Source of the DNA: Eubacteriales bacterium
Lineage (GTDB): Bacteria > Bacillota > Clostridia > Oscillospirales > CAG-272
NCBI GenBank assembly: GCA_045129715.1
Contig: JBGVKA010000070.1
Coordinates: 1-32,970, forward strand
Reading direction: 5' to 3'
DNA length: 32,970 nucleotides
Both the position numbers and the translations under genes were made by a program. A model generated the notes under the pieces. The model did no database searches and was not told the DNA's origin. It saw only the letters and a program-made list of their open reading frames with translations. Shown piece by piece: positions 32,601 through 32,970 of the stretch (its first letter is position 1; the number at the start of each line of letters is the position of its first letter).

Positions 32601-32970
32601 ATCTCGGCGAGCAGTTCGTCAAGAACGTGGTATATTCGTCGGGTAAATACAGCGTATCGATTGACGGTATCGCGGCAGAGGGAACCGGCTTCGGAGCCTA
32701 CGCTCCCGGTGAAACGGTTACCGTAACCGTTTCGGGCAGAGACGGTTGGCTTGTTAAAAAGGCTTATTACACCATTTCGGGTGCGACTCCTATTGAGATC
32801 GCCGTAGCCTCCGGTAACGTTACCTATACCTTCACGATGCCCACGTCTGACGTTACGATCTCGGTAGATACTGAGGATACCGGTGCGGTAAGCACGAAAT
32901 ACGGAAGCATTCCCGCAGTGTTTACCGATGCACAAAAATATCCCTTCGTTCTCTTCAAGAACGGTGAATT
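29639..32970 (+). CDS. Giant secreted protein (partial, at least 1110 aa, runs off the window): signal peptide, metallophosphoesterase, about 290-aa module, SASA/CE6-type SGNH acetylesterase, small beta repeat, start of another module
   Basis: AAGGAG RBS and MKKSRLIALSLSLIMLISALFAFTVPTGA signal. GDTQ/GLGDIVE/GNHD/MHSY/SGHIP motifs, then GGQSNA (about 31820), WWMQGEAE and DNWH (32567-32578). No in-frame stop found by manual translation. Confidence 0.88.
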   Translation, partial: MKKSRLIALSLSLIMLISALFAFTVPTGAAGEEKEQSGFFERADKDASTYAYSIAVIGDTQSLSDSDYDNRNNDNYVKRMDTLYSWVQNNIEAKKIGLVMGLGDIVENWEHPLDWPEYKDTDKGNQSIWEWENATRIFNTYLDGENGVNVPYTLVRGNHDSANAYNAFVTSENMSAYREQFASDNAGFYVDSNGVIKYDNSYMKLTLGTTKWLVMTLDYGITERELDWAGDVIAENPDYRVILSMHSYLYHDKTIDGEGDTQSTAFPNPNWDYTMDMRGNNKTDENPEGPVYNPDGIWERLVSRHSNIEIVLSGHIPNSATQMSQLVGDNGNTVTQILVDPQSMDLPANNTSGCGMVAMLYFNEDGTLQDSQWDEKTIDLEWYSTIKQKYFKEANQFTIDVNLYDGGIKTENYGTIPAKYADTEKYPFVTFGYDRDIDEYFFLGAYSSWSDSSTGAYPALSTISGAAKKVPAYVLLRRDYTSEISKSYAMGKLTLMEVNLDLNGFTVTTGNNAFFSTNLGTANAKTTLNVFGKEGSKILNGSSYRSFIVLGATSSGSGASFTYNFSGITFGFAEGTTTTKLVAETFDMASSNNSPITISQSLNFENCTFDLKTNKPSNSVVLFKLNESVGAGFNVCSTGVKVDGGKIIANDMTSVEICKKNATDTITFNEGKSGEYTTFELSSGAAAPTEALKNSLGEDLEYVSRGNGVYGLEKATEKRGVIDVWLIGGQSNAAGYGSDGLTDAKYDSRYTNGFDNILYYGAGDNNAKDSFVPLTVGLGNKATSVGAEVGIAKMLGDTDTMNAVIKLGRGASYLYPNTTASASQNYGTWTSPTYIKTHGIDTDGTLIGALYNDFIETVADAIAILKAQGYTPVIRGMWWMQGEAESSDATTAAAYPELLECLINDLRRDIEAACGVESSDMPFVAGNILRNPAKDADGNFVYSQPAFLADINAAQASVAKKLNNVYTVATAHLPQIDNWHFTADAQQYLGEQFVKNVVYSSGKYSVSIDGIAAEGTGFGAYAPGETVTVTVSGRDGWLVKKAYYTISGATPIEIAVASGNVTYTFTMPTSDVTISVDTEDTGAVSTKYGSIPAVFTDAQKYPFVLFKNGE

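Overview
Chromosomal window from a Clostridia-like Firmicute (sigma-A promoters, T-box-regulated thrS, pth-mfd-prsA-like gene order). Positions 1-21.6 kb are mostly housekeeping and metabolic genes: tRNA-Cys, DUF3737, GH127-like, two YwaF/TMEM164-like membrane proteins, GH2, sugar O-acetyltransferase, serine dehydratase, acyltransferase, alpha/beta hydrolase, thrS, a ThyX-like gene, pth, mfd and a PrsA-like gene. The most unusual signal is a repeated module at 21.7-33 kb. An AraC regulator is divergent from a giant secreted multidomain metallophosphoesterase. In the one complete copy this gene is followed by an unannotated 44-aa peptide gene with a lasso/RiPP-like YxxPxI leader, a five-hairpin array and a terminator. 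A second copy of the peptide/hairpin/terminator tail lies at 161-372, with synonymous codon changes and compensatory stem changes. Its 5' half is replaced by an unidentified structured sequence. The second giant gene (29639 to the window end), the 44-aa peptide and a 32-aa membrane peptide are absent from the ORF track. All family calls come from motif recognition by eye; no searches were run.
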